Numbered from the stretch's first letter, positions 36,870 to 47,923 are shown. The stretch is DNA of 64,000 nucleotides from an uncultured Hydrotalea sp. (GCA_964616465.1 CAZTTO010000010.1:44712-108711); one strand, 5' to 3'. The notes: generated by a model not told the origin, from the sequence alone. A program made the numbers and translations.

Positions 36870-39794
36870 ATGAAAGGACGGTCATACTTGCTGCAGTTAT
36901 TTTCTATGTTTTTCCTGTTTTCAGGAAATATTGCCCTTTTATATGCCCAACCTAACACCTCTATTGAACTTACGAAACCCAAAAAATATGAAGAGAGAAA
37001 GCTAGGAGCCGAAAAAACAGCTGACACAAAAATGGGGTTAGTTAAACGGGCTTTTCAAAATAACTTTACCCACTTCAATTATTATTATAATGCCAAACAA
37101 AAAATAATTGAAATTGAAAGCCTTTCGAAACAACTGCATAAAGACAATTACACCCAACTACTTAGCTTTTATCCATTTACTTTAGAAGAGACTATTCAAC
37201 AAAGCAGTCTGATAGATTCTATTATCTATAAAGCGAATGCTGGAATCCTACTACATGATCTTAGAAATGACTGGGTAGATGATATGTATTTGTTAATGGG
37301 AATTGGCTATTTGTATAGAAAAAATTTTGATTCAGCTTACAAAGTCTTTAGCTATTTACAGTACATCTATGCCGACAAAGACGATGGGTATGACATTCCA
37401 ATTGGAAGTAATGAATCAAGAAATAACGGTGTGTTTTCAATTGTTGGACCGGAACAAAGAAGTTTTTTTCAGAAAATGTTTAGAAATGGTATCAAGCGAC
37501 CAGAAGCAGTTCTTTGGATGGCTAGAACCTTTTTAGAAAATAATCAAGTTGATGCCGCTAAAGGCATATTAGAACTTCTTCAACAAGACGTTTATTTTCC
37601 CAAAAAACTACAACCACATTTGCACGAATTACAAGCATTTTACTACTATCAAACAAAGCAGGCCGACAGTATGTGGATGCATATGGAAAAAGCAGAAGTC
37701 CGACTAATTTCCCAACAAGAGAAAGCAAGATGGAAATACATTGCAGCACAACTGTTGCAGGAGAATGGTGAAATTGAAAAAGCTAAAGCTAAATTTCAAC
37801 AAGCAGCACGACAAGCTACCGATCCCATCTTAATGGTATATGCTAATATTCAACAAGCTATTTTAGATGATCAACTTCAATCCTCTGATAAATATGCTTC
37901 ACAAATATTAGCATTAAGTAAGAAAGAAAAATATGCGCTTTATAGAGATATTATGTTTTATGAAGCAGGCTTACTACAACAACGAAAAAATGATTACAAA
38001 TCAGCAACAGATCTTTTTAGAAAAAGCTTACACCACGACCAACAACATATACCAAGATCAACTATACTTTTTGAACTTGGAAAAAGTTATTTCTATGAAG
38101 GCTCATTTTTAAAGGCCAACTTATATCTGGATAGTGTAGATGCACAACAACTTTCACCAAATCAAAGTAAATGGTTTAAATTAAATAAAGAGTATCTACC
38201 AGATTTAGCAAAATGGCAGCAGGAGTATATTACTCAAGACAGCCTTCTACAACTTGCAGCACTACCAGAAAATCAACGCAAAGCATTTCTATTAAAAACA
38301 TTAAAAGCTATTAGAAAATCTAAAGGACTTCAAGAAGAGCCTTCAAGCAATTGGGGTGGAGGAAATAACACTAATTCAAATACGGAAGCTGGATCAACCC
38401 TGTTTGCATCTGGGAATACTACGACAGGAAGTTTTTATTTCTCAAACAACGCTCTTAAAAGCAAAGGATTTACAGAGTTCAAAACTAAATGGGGCGGAAG
38501 GCAAAATGTGGATAATTGGAGGCGGCAATCTGCCATGGACATGGGAGCACCTGGAGTTGTAAATGATCAAAGTAGCAATACAAATAATGATGATGACAGC
38601 GAGGAAATTACCCTTGAAGATTTAGAGGCCAACATTCCAATTTCAGATGAAGCCAAAAGCAGAGCAGTTTCAACAAAAGAAGCAGCAAAACTAAATATTT
38701 CAAATACCCTCATTTTTGCAATCAATGAGCCAACATATGCTATTCCATTACTAGACTCAATTGTAGCAAATAGTAAATTAGAGGAACATGTGAATAAAGC
38801 ATTAGAGCTTCTTTATCATGCTTACAGAAAACTAGATGATGTAAATAATTCTCAAAGAATTAAGAATGATTTGATACGTTTTACAAAAATTGATCCAGAC
38901 ACAAAGACATCAAAAGAATTAAACGAAAAAAAAGCAGTTGAGGACGAATATAAAAATATGTATCAGTTACTTATTGAAGGAAAATTTGACGAGGCTATTG
39001 AAAAACGAAAGACAATACCCCTTGCTGATAGCACAAGCATTTGGGCTCCGAAACTATTATTCCTAGAGGCTATTTACCATATTCGTCAACAAAAAGATAG
39101 TTTAGCTATTGCTGCTTTGCAGTTAATTTCTAAAAACTATTCTACCTCTGAAATTGCGGGTAACGTAGCTACTTGGATAGATGTATTACAAAGAAGAAAA
39201 GAGATTGAGCAATACCTAACTAAATTAGAAATTCAAAAATCAGAAGAAGTGGAGGTTGAAAGAATGACTGATGTTTCTGATAAGACAATAGTTACGAACG
39301 ATAAACCTGCAAGCCAGCAAAAAGCTCAGATTAATAAGCCAGTTGAAATTCAACAAAAGCAAATTGAAATAAAGCAAGCTGCTCCAACGGCACCAAAAGA
39401 ACCAATCAAAACCTATCAATTTTTCCCATCAAGCCCTCATTTCGCTGTCTTAGTTCTTGAGAAGGTAGATCCGGTGTTTATAACCGAAGCAAGAAATGCA
39501 ATAAATAGGTATCATCAAACTAGAATGAGTCAAGCTGGATTAACTAAGCAAATTCAAAAGGTAAATGAATCCTTTAGCTTATTACTAGTTGGGCCTTTTA
39601 ATCAGGCTGGCACATCAATAGACTACCTCGATAAAATTCAGCCTATTACAGCACAGCAGATTTTACCATGGTTATCAAAAGATAGATTTACTTGGACGAT
39701 CATTAGCCCTGAAAACTTGGAATTATTACTTGAGAAAAAGGATATTGCAAATTATAGAGAGTTTTTACATAATGCTATTCCAGCTAAATTTTGA
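36870..39794 (+). CDS. Large TPR-like repeat protein, possibly PorW/SprE-like
   Basis: 974 aa. Signal peptide without a lipobox Cys, helical-repeat N-half, and a central SFYFSNNALKSKGFTEFKTKWGGRQNVDNWRR segment. The PorW/SprE resemblance is from memory only. Confidence 0.4.
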   Translation: MKGRSYLLQLFSMFFLFSGNIALLYAQPNTSIELTKPKKYEERKLGAEKTADTKMGLVKRAFQNNFTHFNYYYNAKQKIIEIESLSKQLHKDNYTQLLSFYPFTLEETIQQSSLIDSIIYKANAGILLHDLRNDWVDDMYLLMGIGYLYRKNFDSAYKVFSYLQYIYADKDDGYDIPIGSNESRNNGVFSIVGPEQRSFFQKMFRNGIKRPEAVLWMARTFLENNQVDAAKGILELLQQDVYFPKKLQPHLHELQAFYYYQTKQADSMWMHMEKAEVRLISQQEKARWKYIAAQLLQENGEIEKAKAKFQQAARQATDPILMVYANIQQAILDDQLQSSDKYASQILALSKKEKYALYRDIMFYEAGLLQQRKNDYKSATDLFRKSLHHDQQHIPRSTILFELGKSYFYEGSFLKANLYLDSVDAQQLSPNQSKWFKLNKEYLPDLAKWQQEYITQDSLLQLAALPENQRKAFLLKTLKAIRKSKGLQEEPSSNWGGGNNTNSNTEAGSTLFASGNTTTGSFYFSNNALKSKGFTEFKTKWGGRQNVDNWRRQSAMDMGAPGVVNDQSSNTNNDDDSEEITLEDLEANIPISDEAKSRAVSTKEAAKLNISNTLIFAINEPTYAIPLLDSIVANSKLEEHVNKALELLYHAYRKLDDVNNSQRIKNDLIRFTKIDPDTKTSKELNEKKAVEDEYKNMYQLLIEGKFDEAIEKRKTIPLADSTSIWAPKLLFLEAIYHIRQQKDSLAIAALQLISKNYSTSEIAGNVATWIDVLQRRKEIEQYLTKLEIQKSEEVEVERMTDVSDKTIVTNDKPASQQKAQINKPVEIQQKQIEIKQAAPTAPKEPIKTYQFFPSSPHFAVLVLEKVDPVFITEARNAINRYHQTRMSQAGLTKQIQKVNESFSLLLVGPFNQAGTSIDYLDKIQPITAQQILPWLSKDRFTWTIISPENLELLLEKKDIANYREFLHNAIPAKF

Positions 39795-39856
39795 ACTTTA
39801 AAAGATTACCTTATTGTTGAGAATAGTAGCTTTACAAATATTGAGATAGATAACAT

Positions 39857-42247
39857 ATGAGCAGATCGATTCGACTTTTTTGGAAATTTTACTTCATTGG
39901 CCTTGCCAGTGTAATTGTATTTTTCTTTCTTCTTTCATGGGGAGTATTTGGAAAAATGCCTTCAATGGATGAAATACAAAACCCCTCAGCCTCACTAGCT
40001 AGTCAAGTATATGCAGAAGATGGGACACTACTAGGTAAGTTTTATTTGGAAGACAGAATAAATGTAAAATACAGAGATATCAGCAAGCATATTATTCAGG
40101 CCTTGGTAGCTACCGAAGATGAAAGATTTTATGATCACAGTGGAATTGATGCAAAAGCACTTGCCAGAGCTTTTGTTTTTTTGGGAAAGGAAGGAGGTGC
40201 AAGTACAATTACTATGCAAACTGCTAAAAACCTTTTTACTGAAAACTGGAGCACTAGAAATTTTGTATTAAGAGGCCTTCAAAAATTAAAAGAGGGCATT
40301 ATTGCAGTTAAGCTTGAACAAAACTTAACAAAAGAAGAAATTATTACACTATACCTAAATACAGTATCCTTTTCAGACAATGTATATGGAATTAGAAATG
40401 CAGCTAAAACTTTTTTCCAAAAAGAACCAGACCGCATTAATGTTGAAGAAGCTGCTGTTTTAATTGGTATGTTAAAGGCAGCAACTTTATATAACCCGAG
40501 AAGAAATCCTCGTATGGCTCTTGAACGCAGGAATACTGTTATCAATCAAATGGTGCGCAATAATTATATAACTGATGCAGAAGCTAGCATTTTAAAGCAA
40601 AAGCCTATTCAGTTAAATTATAAAAAACTTGATGAGAAAGCCGGACTAGGCCCCTATTTTAGAATGGTTCTAGGGGAAGAAATGAAAAAATGGTGTAAAG
40701 AGCATAAAAAACCCAATGGTGAACCATACAACCTTTATAAAGATGGATTGAAAATATATACTTCGATTAACCCGCGTATGCAGATTTATGCTGAGGAGGC
40801 TGTAGATAAGCATATGGCGTATTTGCAGCAATTATTCAACTCACAATCAAACATTAAAACTGGAGCAGTATGGAAGGGTTACGAAAACATTTTAACCTCT
40901 GCCATGAAAGCAAGTGATCGATGGAAAAACCTTAGTAGAGAAGGTCTAAGCGATGAGGATATCAAGAAAACTTTTTTTGAGAAAACAAGTATGAAAGTGT
41001 TTTCTTGGAATAGTAATCGCGAAAAGGATACCATTATGACTCCTTACGATTCTATTAAATATGCCAAGCAATTTTTACAAACCGGCTTTATGGTTATGGA
41101 TCCATTAAATGGACAAATTAAAGCTTGGGTAGGCGGTATTAACTTTAAGTATTTTAAGTATGACCACGTTAACGTAAATACAAAACGTCAGGTTGGTTCT
41201 TCAATAAAACCATTATTATACAGCTTGGCAATTCAAGAGGATCGATTCTCCCCTAATAGTATTGTTCAAGATGTACAACAGAATTTTGGTGGCTATGGAT
41301 TAGTGCCAGCCACTAGCAGAACTTGCTCTGGTGGAAGTATGACAATGGCAAGCGCTTTAGCATGGAGTAAAAACTGTGCTACTGCCTATATTTTAAAGCA
41401 GTTAGATCCAGAAGGGAATAATGGAGCAAGAAGATTTACAGAATTTTTGAAAGAGTGTAGGGTAGAAACAGAAGTAGAACCCTACCCTTCTATTGCATTA
41501 GGCTCTTGTGAAATTTCTTTGTATGAAATGATGCAAGCATATACCATGTTTCCAGGTAGAGGATTTAATGTTAAGCCAATGATGATCATGCGTATTGAAG
41601 ATAGAAATGGAAATATTTTAGAACAATTTCAACCCAATAGAAAGGAAGTATTAAATGAGGTAGCAGCTTATTCTACAGCCATGATGATGCAAGGAGTGAT
41701 TCAAAAAGGAACAGGTAGAGGATTATGGGGTTACGGTGTATCTGGCGAAATAGCAGGTAAAACTGGTACAACGAATAACAACTCTGATGCATGGTTTATT
41801 GGATATACGCCGCAATTACTGGCAGGTGTATGGGTAGGTGGGGATCACCGTTTTTTACGATTTGATAGTAAGTCGGGTGAAGGCTCTAGGTCTGCGCTCC
41901 CAATTTGGGGACATTTTTATAGCAAAGCTTCAGCTGACCCTAATTGTGGAATTGATAGAAACATGAAGTTTCTCCGTCCAGAAGTTATGAGTAATGACTT
42001 AATTATTGATTGGATGAACAACACATCACCGTCACTTGGTGCAGAAGGAGAAGATGTAGGAGCAGGTACATCCAACGATTATGAAATGGATGAAGAAATG
42101 TATGAAGTGCCAGTAGAAAACAAACCTAAAGTACCGGCAACAAATAATACACCTCCACCTGCAAAAGAGAAAGAAGCTCCCAAAACCAATACTGAAGCTG
42201 ATAAGCCAAAAGCAATCCTGCCCCCCAAAAAACCGGGAGGCAGGTAA
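39857..42247 (+). CDS. mrcA: Class A penicillin-binding protein (PBP1A; glycosyltransferase + transpeptidase)
   Basis: GT51 motif EDERFYDHSGID. Transpeptidase motifs SSIKP and KTGTT. Confidence 0.92.
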   Translation: MSRSIRLFWKFYFIGLASVIVFFFLLSWGVFGKMPSMDEIQNPSASLASQVYAEDGTLLGKFYLEDRINVKYRDISKHIIQALVATEDERFYDHSGIDAKALARAFVFLGKEGGASTITMQTAKNLFTENWSTRNFVLRGLQKLKEGIIAVKLEQNLTKEEIITLYLNTVSFSDNVYGIRNAAKTFFQKEPDRINVEEAAVLIGMLKAATLYNPRRNPRMALERRNTVINQMVRNNYITDAEASILKQKPIQLNYKKLDEKAGLGPYFRMVLGEEMKKWCKEHKKPNGEPYNLYKDGLKIYTSINPRMQIYAEEAVDKHMAYLQQLFNSQSNIKTGAVWKGYENILTSAMKASDRWKNLSREGLSDEDIKKTFFEKTSMKVFSWNSNREKDTIMTPYDSIKYAKQFLQTGFMVMDPLNGQIKAWVGGINFKYFKYDHVNVNTKRQVGSSIKPLLYSLAIQEDRFSPNSIVQDVQQNFGGYGLVPATSRTCSGGSMTMASALAWSKNCATAYILKQLDPEGNNGARRFTEFLKECRVETEVEPYPSIALGSCEISLYEMMQAYTMFPGRGFNVKPMMIMRIEDRNGNILEQFQPNRKEVLNEVAAYSTAMMMQGVIQKGTGRGLWGYGVSGEIAGKTGTTNNNSDAWFIGYTPQLLAGVWVGGDHRFLRFDSKSGEGSRSALPIWGHFYSKASADPNCGIDRNMKFLRPEVMSNDLIIDWMNNTSPSLGAEGEDVGAGTSNDYEMDEEMYEVPVENKPKVPATNNTPPPAKEKEAPKTNTEADKPKAILPPKKPGGR

Positions 42248-42270
42248 AAATTATACAGAGAGGGATTCAA

Positions 42271-44790
42271 TTATTTGGATCCCTTTTTCTTTTCTTCTAC
42301 TTCTTTTCTATAAACTGGATCACGAAATATTTTCTGCACATCATCTAACTTACCAATATAAATGCTTCTACCATGTGTAGCAACAACTAATTCATTATCT
42401 CTTGTTTGAATGGCTAAATCGTGAACAGGAACACTTTTTGGCATGCCACCAGTCCACATCATATATTGCTGACCACCATCAATAGAGACAAATAAACCAC
42501 CATCTGTTCCAACATAAAGAATTTCCTCATGTTTAGGATCTTCTTTAATTACATTAATTGGTTCAAAAGGAAGATTTGCTGAAATAGCTCTCCAATTGGT
42601 TCCATAGTCATCACTTACAAATACGTAAGGCGCAAAATGGTCGTTTCTATACCCATTTAAAGTAACATACACTCTACCTTCTTTTATTGATGACGGTGTA
42701 ATACAACTCACCCATAAATCTTTAGGTAGCTTCCCAGTTATGTTTTTCCAGGTATAGCCACCATCACTAGAAACATGTACTAAACCATCATCACTTCCAG
42801 CATATAACAAACCAAACTTTAAAGAAGATTCAATCAAACAAGTGAGTGTACCAAATGGTACATCACCTGGTAATCCACCTTTTGTCAAATCCTGAGATAA
42901 GTTTTGCATTTGCTCACCTTTTACTAAAGAGCGGTGAACTCTATTACTTCCCATGTACAAAATATCCTGATTATGTTTCGATAACCAGATAGGTGTTTCC
43001 CAATTAAAGCGCAACGGGGTTTCACCTAACTGATGTCGTGGACGAATGGGTAAACGGGCGGTATTCTGCTTATTGTTTCTAAAATAGCTACCAAATTGAG
43101 AACCTGCATAATAAGTGCTATTGTCTCTTGTATCAACCTGCACTTGCATACCGTCGCCCCCTCCAATTCTTCTGTAAGCATACTGTCCACCATCTAACCA
43201 GGCACTGGTTTCTCTATGGTTAGATGGACCATACCATACTCCATTATCTTGCAATCCACCATAAACATTATAAGGTTTTGCATCATCAACTGATACAGCA
43301 TAAAACTGACCTACAGGTATTGAATTTGCTTTAAACCAATTTTTGCCATCGTCGTAAGTAATGTTGATGCCTCCATCATTACCATTTATCATGTGGCTGT
43401 CGCGTTTTGGATTAATCCATAATGCATGGTGATCGCTGTGTACAATTTCGTTATCAATAGTTTTAAAAGTTTGACCACCATTAGTGCTTAACATCAAAGG
43501 CACACCAAGTATAACCACCTTATCGGCGTTGGTTGGCGAAACATATATTTTCGCAAAATAATATCCATATGTACTGAACATCATTCCCAGCGTTTGCGTA
43601 TTGGTCTTTTTCCAAGTTTTACCACCATCATCACTTCTGTAAATTTCACATCCAGTAATGCTACCTGCATCAAATAAGTCATCATTAGGCCCTTTCAAGT
43701 AATCATAAATTACTGAAGGTTTGAATGCACCAGATTCAACTTTAGCCTTAATAGCAGTAAAATTATATTCAGCAGGAAAGCGATTCAATTTAAGAAAGCT
43801 ATCCACTTTTTCTGTAGGCAATGCCAGAAACTGTTCCTTAGTAAGATCTTTAAAGTCTCGTAATACAAGTCTACTATTTGCCGCTTTTTGTGCAGTATCA
43901 GGTTTTCTGAATTGGTTGTCTAAAACGGCATATACAATTTGAGAATTACCTGGAAACACAGCCAAGCCAATTCTTCCAACACCCTCACCACTCGGGAAAC
44001 CACTTCCCTCCTTATTGAGCAATGTCCAACTATCACCACCATCAGTACTTTTATAAATACCACTTGTTTTACCAGCCTCTTCAAAGTTCCATGCAGTTCT
44101 AGTTCTGTACCACATAGCTGCATATAAGATTTGTGGATTGGTTGGATCTATTTCCATTTCAACAGCGCCTGTATTTTCATCTACATACAAAGTTTGCTTC
44201 CATTTTTGTCCACCATCTGTTGTTTTATATACGCCACGTTCTTTGTTAGAAGAATACAATCTTCCTAATGCTGCTACCCAAGCAATATTTGGATTGGTAG
44301 GATGAAGTTGAATTTTACCGATATGATGGCTTTCGGGTAATCCCATATACTGCCAAGACTTGCCCATATCGGTTGATTTATACACACCAATTCCCGCATA
44401 AGATGAACGGCTACTATTCACTTCTCCTGTACCTACCCAAATTGTTTTTGAAGACCAGTGAACAGCAATGTCACCAATAGTTAGAATATCTTCAGAATCA
44501 AAGATGGGATCAAAACTCAATCCATTATTTTTTGTATGCCATAATCCACCTGATGCAAATGCAGCGTAAAATTCAGTTGGATCATCTGGATTCACTTCAA
44601 TATCAACTATCCTCCCACTCATGATAGTTGGACCTATATTTCGAAATTGAATATGATTCAGCAAAGAAGCTGACTCTAATTGCTTACGTTGCTCAACCTT
44701 TGTTAGGCGTTGTGAGGCTGGTGTTGGTTTCACTTGAGCATGTAATTGGATGCTCAAAGCCAGGAAGGCTAAAAGGGCTATTCGTCTCAT
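42271..44790 (-). CDS. Secreted BNR/Asp-box (sortilin/VPS10-like) repeat protein
   Basis: 839 aa. Repeated SxDxGxxW boxes: STDMGKSW, TTDGGQKW, STDGGDSW, SDDGGKTW, SSDGGYTW, SDDYGTNW. Confidence 0.8.
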   Translation of the reverse strand: MRRIALLAFLALSIQLHAQVKPTPASQRLTKVEQRKQLESASLLNHIQFRNIGPTIMSGRIVDIEVNPDDPTEFYAAFASGGLWHTKNNGLSFDPIFDSEDILTIGDIAVHWSSKTIWVGTGEVNSSRSSYAGIGVYKSTDMGKSWQYMGLPESHHIGKIQLHPTNPNIAWVAALGRLYSSNKERGVYKTTDGGQKWKQTLYVDENTGAVEMEIDPTNPQILYAAMWYRTRTAWNFEEAGKTSGIYKSTDGGDSWTLLNKEGSGFPSGEGVGRIGLAVFPGNSQIVYAVLDNQFRKPDTAQKAANSRLVLRDFKDLTKEQFLALPTEKVDSFLKLNRFPAEYNFTAIKAKVESGAFKPSVIYDYLKGPNDDLFDAGSITGCEIYRSDDGGKTWKKTNTQTLGMMFSTYGYYFAKIYVSPTNADKVVILGVPLMLSTNGGQTFKTIDNEIVHSDHHALWINPKRDSHMINGNDGGINITYDDGKNWFKANSIPVGQFYAVSVDDAKPYNVYGGLQDNGVWYGPSNHRETSAWLDGGQYAYRRIGGGDGMQVQVDTRDNSTYYAGSQFGSYFRNNKQNTARLPIRPRHQLGETPLRFNWETPIWLSKHNQDILYMGSNRVHRSLVKGEQMQNLSQDLTKGGLPGDVPFGTLTCLIESSLKFGLLYAGSDDGLVHVSSDGGYTWKNITGKLPKDLWVSCITPSSIKEGRVYVTLNGYRNDHFAPYVFVSDDYGTNWRAISANLPFEPINVIKEDPKHEEILYVGTDGGLFVSIDGGQQYMMWTGGMPKSVPVHDLAIQTRDNELVVATHGRSIYIGKLDDVQKIFRDPVYRKEVEEKKKGSK

Positions 44791-44834
44791 ATGAAGCAGA
44801 ATTGATGTATTTTTAGGTGTGTAAAATACAAAGA

Positions 44835-45524
44835 ATGCGTTTCATTTTGCTACCACTTATCCTCTTTCCAAGTTGGTGCCTCGCACAATGTGTGACGTTC
44901 TCGATTAGTTCTAGAGGTGATACGGTAAACTGTACCGATAAAAATGGCATGAAACAGGGCAAATGGAAAAATCAAGTTCCATCCATTAGAGGCAACCCTG
45001 GTTATGTGGAAGAGGGTAGCTATATGAACGGACAAAAAGAGGGTGTTTGGAGAACCTACAGTCTTATGGGCGATCCACTATCCATGGAAAATTATAAATA
45101 TGGAATGAAGCATGGACTTTGCGCCTACTTCAATAAAATTGGATTAGAACGCGAAGAAAGATGGCGTGCACCAGACACTTCAAAAGTATATGACACAATT
45201 GATGTGCCCGATTTAAGAGATCCGAATAAAGTAGATCAAGTGATTATTAAAGTAGAAAAGAGATCGCTAAAACATGGTATTTGGAGATACTACGATAGCT
45301 ACACTGGCAAGGTCATTAAACAAGAGGAATACTTGTTAGATAAGTTGAGGATGCAATCGGATTGGAGCAATGAAGCGCTGATTAGAGAAAGCGATAAACC
45401 ACAGCCAGCTCTGGATACCATTAAGGTGAAACCTAAAGAAGTACTTGACTACGAAAAGAAAAATCCCAAAAAGAAAACTAGCAAAGAAAGGGATGGGCGG
45501 ACCTACTATAAGGAATCTTCTTAA
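44835..45524 (+). CDS. MORN-variant (YwqK-like) repeat protein with signal peptide
   Basis: Repeats GKWKNQ, EGSYMNGQKEGVWRTY, NYKYGMKHG and KHGIWRYY. The ATG at 44835 is preferred over the GTG at 44817. Confidence 0.6.
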   Translation: MRFILLPLILFPSWCLAQCVTFSISSRGDTVNCTDKNGMKQGKWKNQVPSIRGNPGYVEEGSYMNGQKEGVWRTYSLMGDPLSMENYKYGMKHGLCAYFNKIGLEREERWRAPDTSKVYDTIDVPDLRDPNKVDQVIIKVEKRSLKHGIWRYYDSYTGKVIKQEEYLLDKLRMQSDWSNEALIRESDKPQPALDTIKVKPKEVLDYEKKNPKKKTSKERDGRTYYKESS

Positions 45525-45533
45525 AGAAGAAAC

Positions 45534-46367
45534 TCACTGCTGATTAAAGAAACGCTGAAAAAATAAAAGCTGATACGGAACTGCATTGGCCCAGTACTGC
45601 CAGGTATGACCGCCCGGACGTTCTATGTATTCGTGTTTTACTTTTAATTGCAAAAGTTGTTGGTGCAGGGCCTTATTAATGTCATAGAAGAAATCTTCTG
45701 TGCCGCAGTCAATTATGATTTTAAGTGGAAATTCAGACGGCTTCTTAACCACACCTTTTACAGAGTATTCTTCCCATCTTGTTGGATAAGCAGAACTATC
45801 GCCAATCCTTTTTGCAATATCAAATTTTGAGCGAGAGGAATTAATATCTACGCCACCACTCATGCTTCCACAAGCACCAAAAAGATTAGAGTGGCGCCAT
45901 CCAAGAAACAACCCGCCATGTCCACCCATACTTAATCCGGTTATAGCTCTCCCCTTCCTGTCTTTTACAGTTCTGTATGCACTATCTATAAATGGAACAA
46001 CTTCAGCAACAATATGAGTTTCGTACCTAAAGTTTGAATCTAAAGGACTATCCCAATACCAACTGCTGTAGCCACCATCGGGACAAACAACAATACATTT
46101 AAATTGATCGACGTATGTAGTTAATTGAGGAACCAGCTTCACCCAGTCGCGGTAGTTACCACTATAACCATGAAGCAGGTATACGACAGGATATTGATTA
46201 CTTGAATTCCTGTAAGAATCTGGAACTACGACAGAAGCCGAAATAGATTTTTTCATTGATGGACTATATATCCTAACAGTATCTACATAGCCAGCCTGAA
46301 CTAATTGTATAGAAAAAATGAGTAGGGAAGCTATAATAAGTCTCTTTTGTAAAAATTGTTTCCACAT
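45534..46367 (-). CDS. Secreted esterase-family alpha/beta hydrolase
   Basis: Nucleophile elbow GLSMGGHG and YLLHGYSGN. The ATG at 46367 gives a clean signal peptide. Confidence 0.8.
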   Translation of the reverse strand: MWKQFLQKRLIIASLLIFSIQLVQAGYVDTVRIYSPSMKKSISASVVVPDSYRNSSNQYPVVYLLHGYSGNYRDWVKLVPQLTTYVDQFKCIVVCPDGGYSSWYWDSPLDSNFRYETHIVAEVVPFIDSAYRTVKDRKGRAITGLSMGGHGGLFLGWRHSNLFGACGSMSGGVDINSSRSKFDIAKRIGDSSAYPTRWEEYSVKGVVKKPSEFPLKIIIDCGTEDFFYDINKALHQQLLQLKVKHEYIERPGGHTWQYWANAVPYQLLFFQRFFNQQ

Positions 46368-46425
46368 ACTACGAATGTGAGATTTTTTTGGCAGATTCAA
46401 AAGATGGTATATTTTTGATATTAAA

Positions 46426-47304
46426 ATGATATCAATGGAAAAGTTATTTAACCCAACAAATGGCTACTTAGCCTTATTGATTTCGCTGATTCTCACAGTT
46501 ATTGCTGTAGTTTGCATTTCTCTTTTTGCTGCCGATAAAGAGCCGTGGATGATTATATCTGCGATTATTAGCTTTTTATCTGCCTGTGTGCTATGGGCTG
46601 GAATAATTGTAGTTAGCCCTAACCATGCTCGTGTATTGACCTTTTTTGGGAAGTATGTGGGTACTGTAAGAGAGAATGGATTGTTATTTGTAAACCCTCT
46701 TTTTACAAAAGAAAAAATATCACTTCGCTCGCAAAACCTCGAAAGCCAAACTTTAAAAGTAAACGACAAAATGGGGAACCCTATTGAAATTGGGGCTGTT
46801 TGTGTTTGGCAGGTGCATGATACTTTCAAAGCCATTTTTGATGTGGATGACTACCTTCATTTCGTAAAAGTTCAGAGCGAGGCTGCTATTAGACACCTAG
46901 CCACAACTTGTCCATACGATCATATGGAAGATGAGCATGCTCAAATAACACTTCGTGATGGAGGTGATAAGGTAAACCACTTACTTGAAGAAGAATTAAA
47001 TGAAAGACTGTCTGCAGCTGGCATTAAAGTTTTAGAAGCTCGCATTAGTCACCTAGCCTATGCTCCTGAAATAGCTGGAGCTATGCTACAAAGACAACAA
47101 GCTACTGCCATTGTTTCTGCAAGAACTAAAATTGTAGAAGGTGCGGTTGGAATGGTTGAGTTAGCTTTAAAAGAGTTGGAAGCAAAAGGAATTATTTTAG
47201 AGGACACTGATAAAAAAGCTAGTATGGTCAGCAACCTAATGGTTGTTCTATGTAGCGACCGATCTGTTCAACCTGTAGTAAATACTGGAACACTTTATTC
47301 TTAA
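46426..47304 (+). CDS. SPFH/band-7 domain membrane protein
   Basis: 292 aa. Two N-terminal TM helices followed by an SPFH-like domain. Confidence 0.75.
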   Translation: MISMEKLFNPTNGYLALLISLILTVIAVVCISLFAADKEPWMIISAIISFLSACVLWAGIIVVSPNHARVLTFFGKYVGTVRENGLLFVNPLFTKEKISLRSQNLESQTLKVNDKMGNPIEIGAVCVWQVHDTFKAIFDVDDYLHFVKVQSEAAIRHLATTCPYDHMEDEHAQITLRDGGDKVNHLLEEELNERLSAAGIKVLEARISHLAYAPEIAGAMLQRQQATAIVSARTKIVEGAVGMVELALKELEAKGIILEDTDKKASMVSNLMVVLCSDRSVQPVVNTGTLYS

Positions 47305-47313
47305 TACCTTTTT

Positions 47314-47412
47314 ATGAAAGCATTTGCATTTTTGTTTCCTGCGCTTGCACTTTTAGTCATGCTTTTGAATTTTGTATTCATGATAGTTCTGAATTTTTTT
47401 AGAAATCTTTAG
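47314..47412 (+). CDS. 32-codon hydrophobic micro-ORF
   Basis: MKAFAFLFPALALLVMLLNFVFMIVLNFFRNL. It fits tightly between flanking genes, 9 nt after the SPFH stop and 8 nt before the next start. Confidence 0.35.
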   Translation: MKAFAFLFPALALLVMLLNFVFMIVLNFFRNL

Positions 47413-47420
47413 TATTTCAA

Positions 47421-47918
47421 ATGAAGATCCAGTCAAATAAAATTTTATTTCAAGAAGCTCAATATTTTAGAAATACTTGGGTATGGACATCCCTTATCCT
47501 TTCAAGTGTTTTCTCCTTTGTTCTGGTAGGTGTTGTGCTTTTGGCAGATAAGGAAAGTGACAATAACCTTTGGATTACACTTGGTACTGTTGGAGGAATC
47601 AATGCAATCAATTTGACTATCTTTTATTTATTAGGCTTTGAGTACATTGTTTCAGAAACAGGAATTTATTATAAATGGAAACCTTTTCACTTCAAATACA
47701 GACATATTCCCAAAGAATGGATCATCAAATTTTATTATAGAAAATGGGATAGAATGCAATGGGGATTTACAAAAAGAAAAGATTGGGGTAGTTGTCATAC
47801 CGTAAATGGCAATCATGGAATTCAGCTAGAACTGAATAATAGAAAGTGGATGTACATAGGAACACAAAAAAGACAACAACTAGAAAATGCGCTTGAAAGA
47901 ATGATTTCTCACCACTAG
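47421..47918 (+). CDS. Two-TM membrane protein with a possible bacterial PH-like C-domain
   Basis: 165 aa. Two TM helices followed by a beta-rich Trp/Lys-rich domain. The PH-like call is weak. Confidence 0.4.
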   Translation: MKIQSNKILFQEAQYFRNTWVWTSLILSSVFSFVLVGVVLLADKESDNNLWITLGTVGGINAINLTIFYLLGFEYIVSETGIYYKWKPFHFKYRHIPKEWIIKFYYRKWDRMQWGFTKRKDWGSCHTVNGNHGIQLELNNRKWMYIGTQKRQQLENALERMISHH

Positions 47919-47923
47919 TAGAT

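Noticed and set aside
36824-37027. 67-aa minus-strand ORF overlapping the start of the 974-aa TPR-like gene.
   Set aside because: It is antisense to a signal-peptide-bearing long ORF and has no independent support.
42079-42247. Pro/Lys/Glu-rich low-complexity tail of PBP1A as a possible separate element.
   Set aside because: It is continuous in frame with the PBP. Disordered C-terminal tails of this kind are common in class A PBPs.
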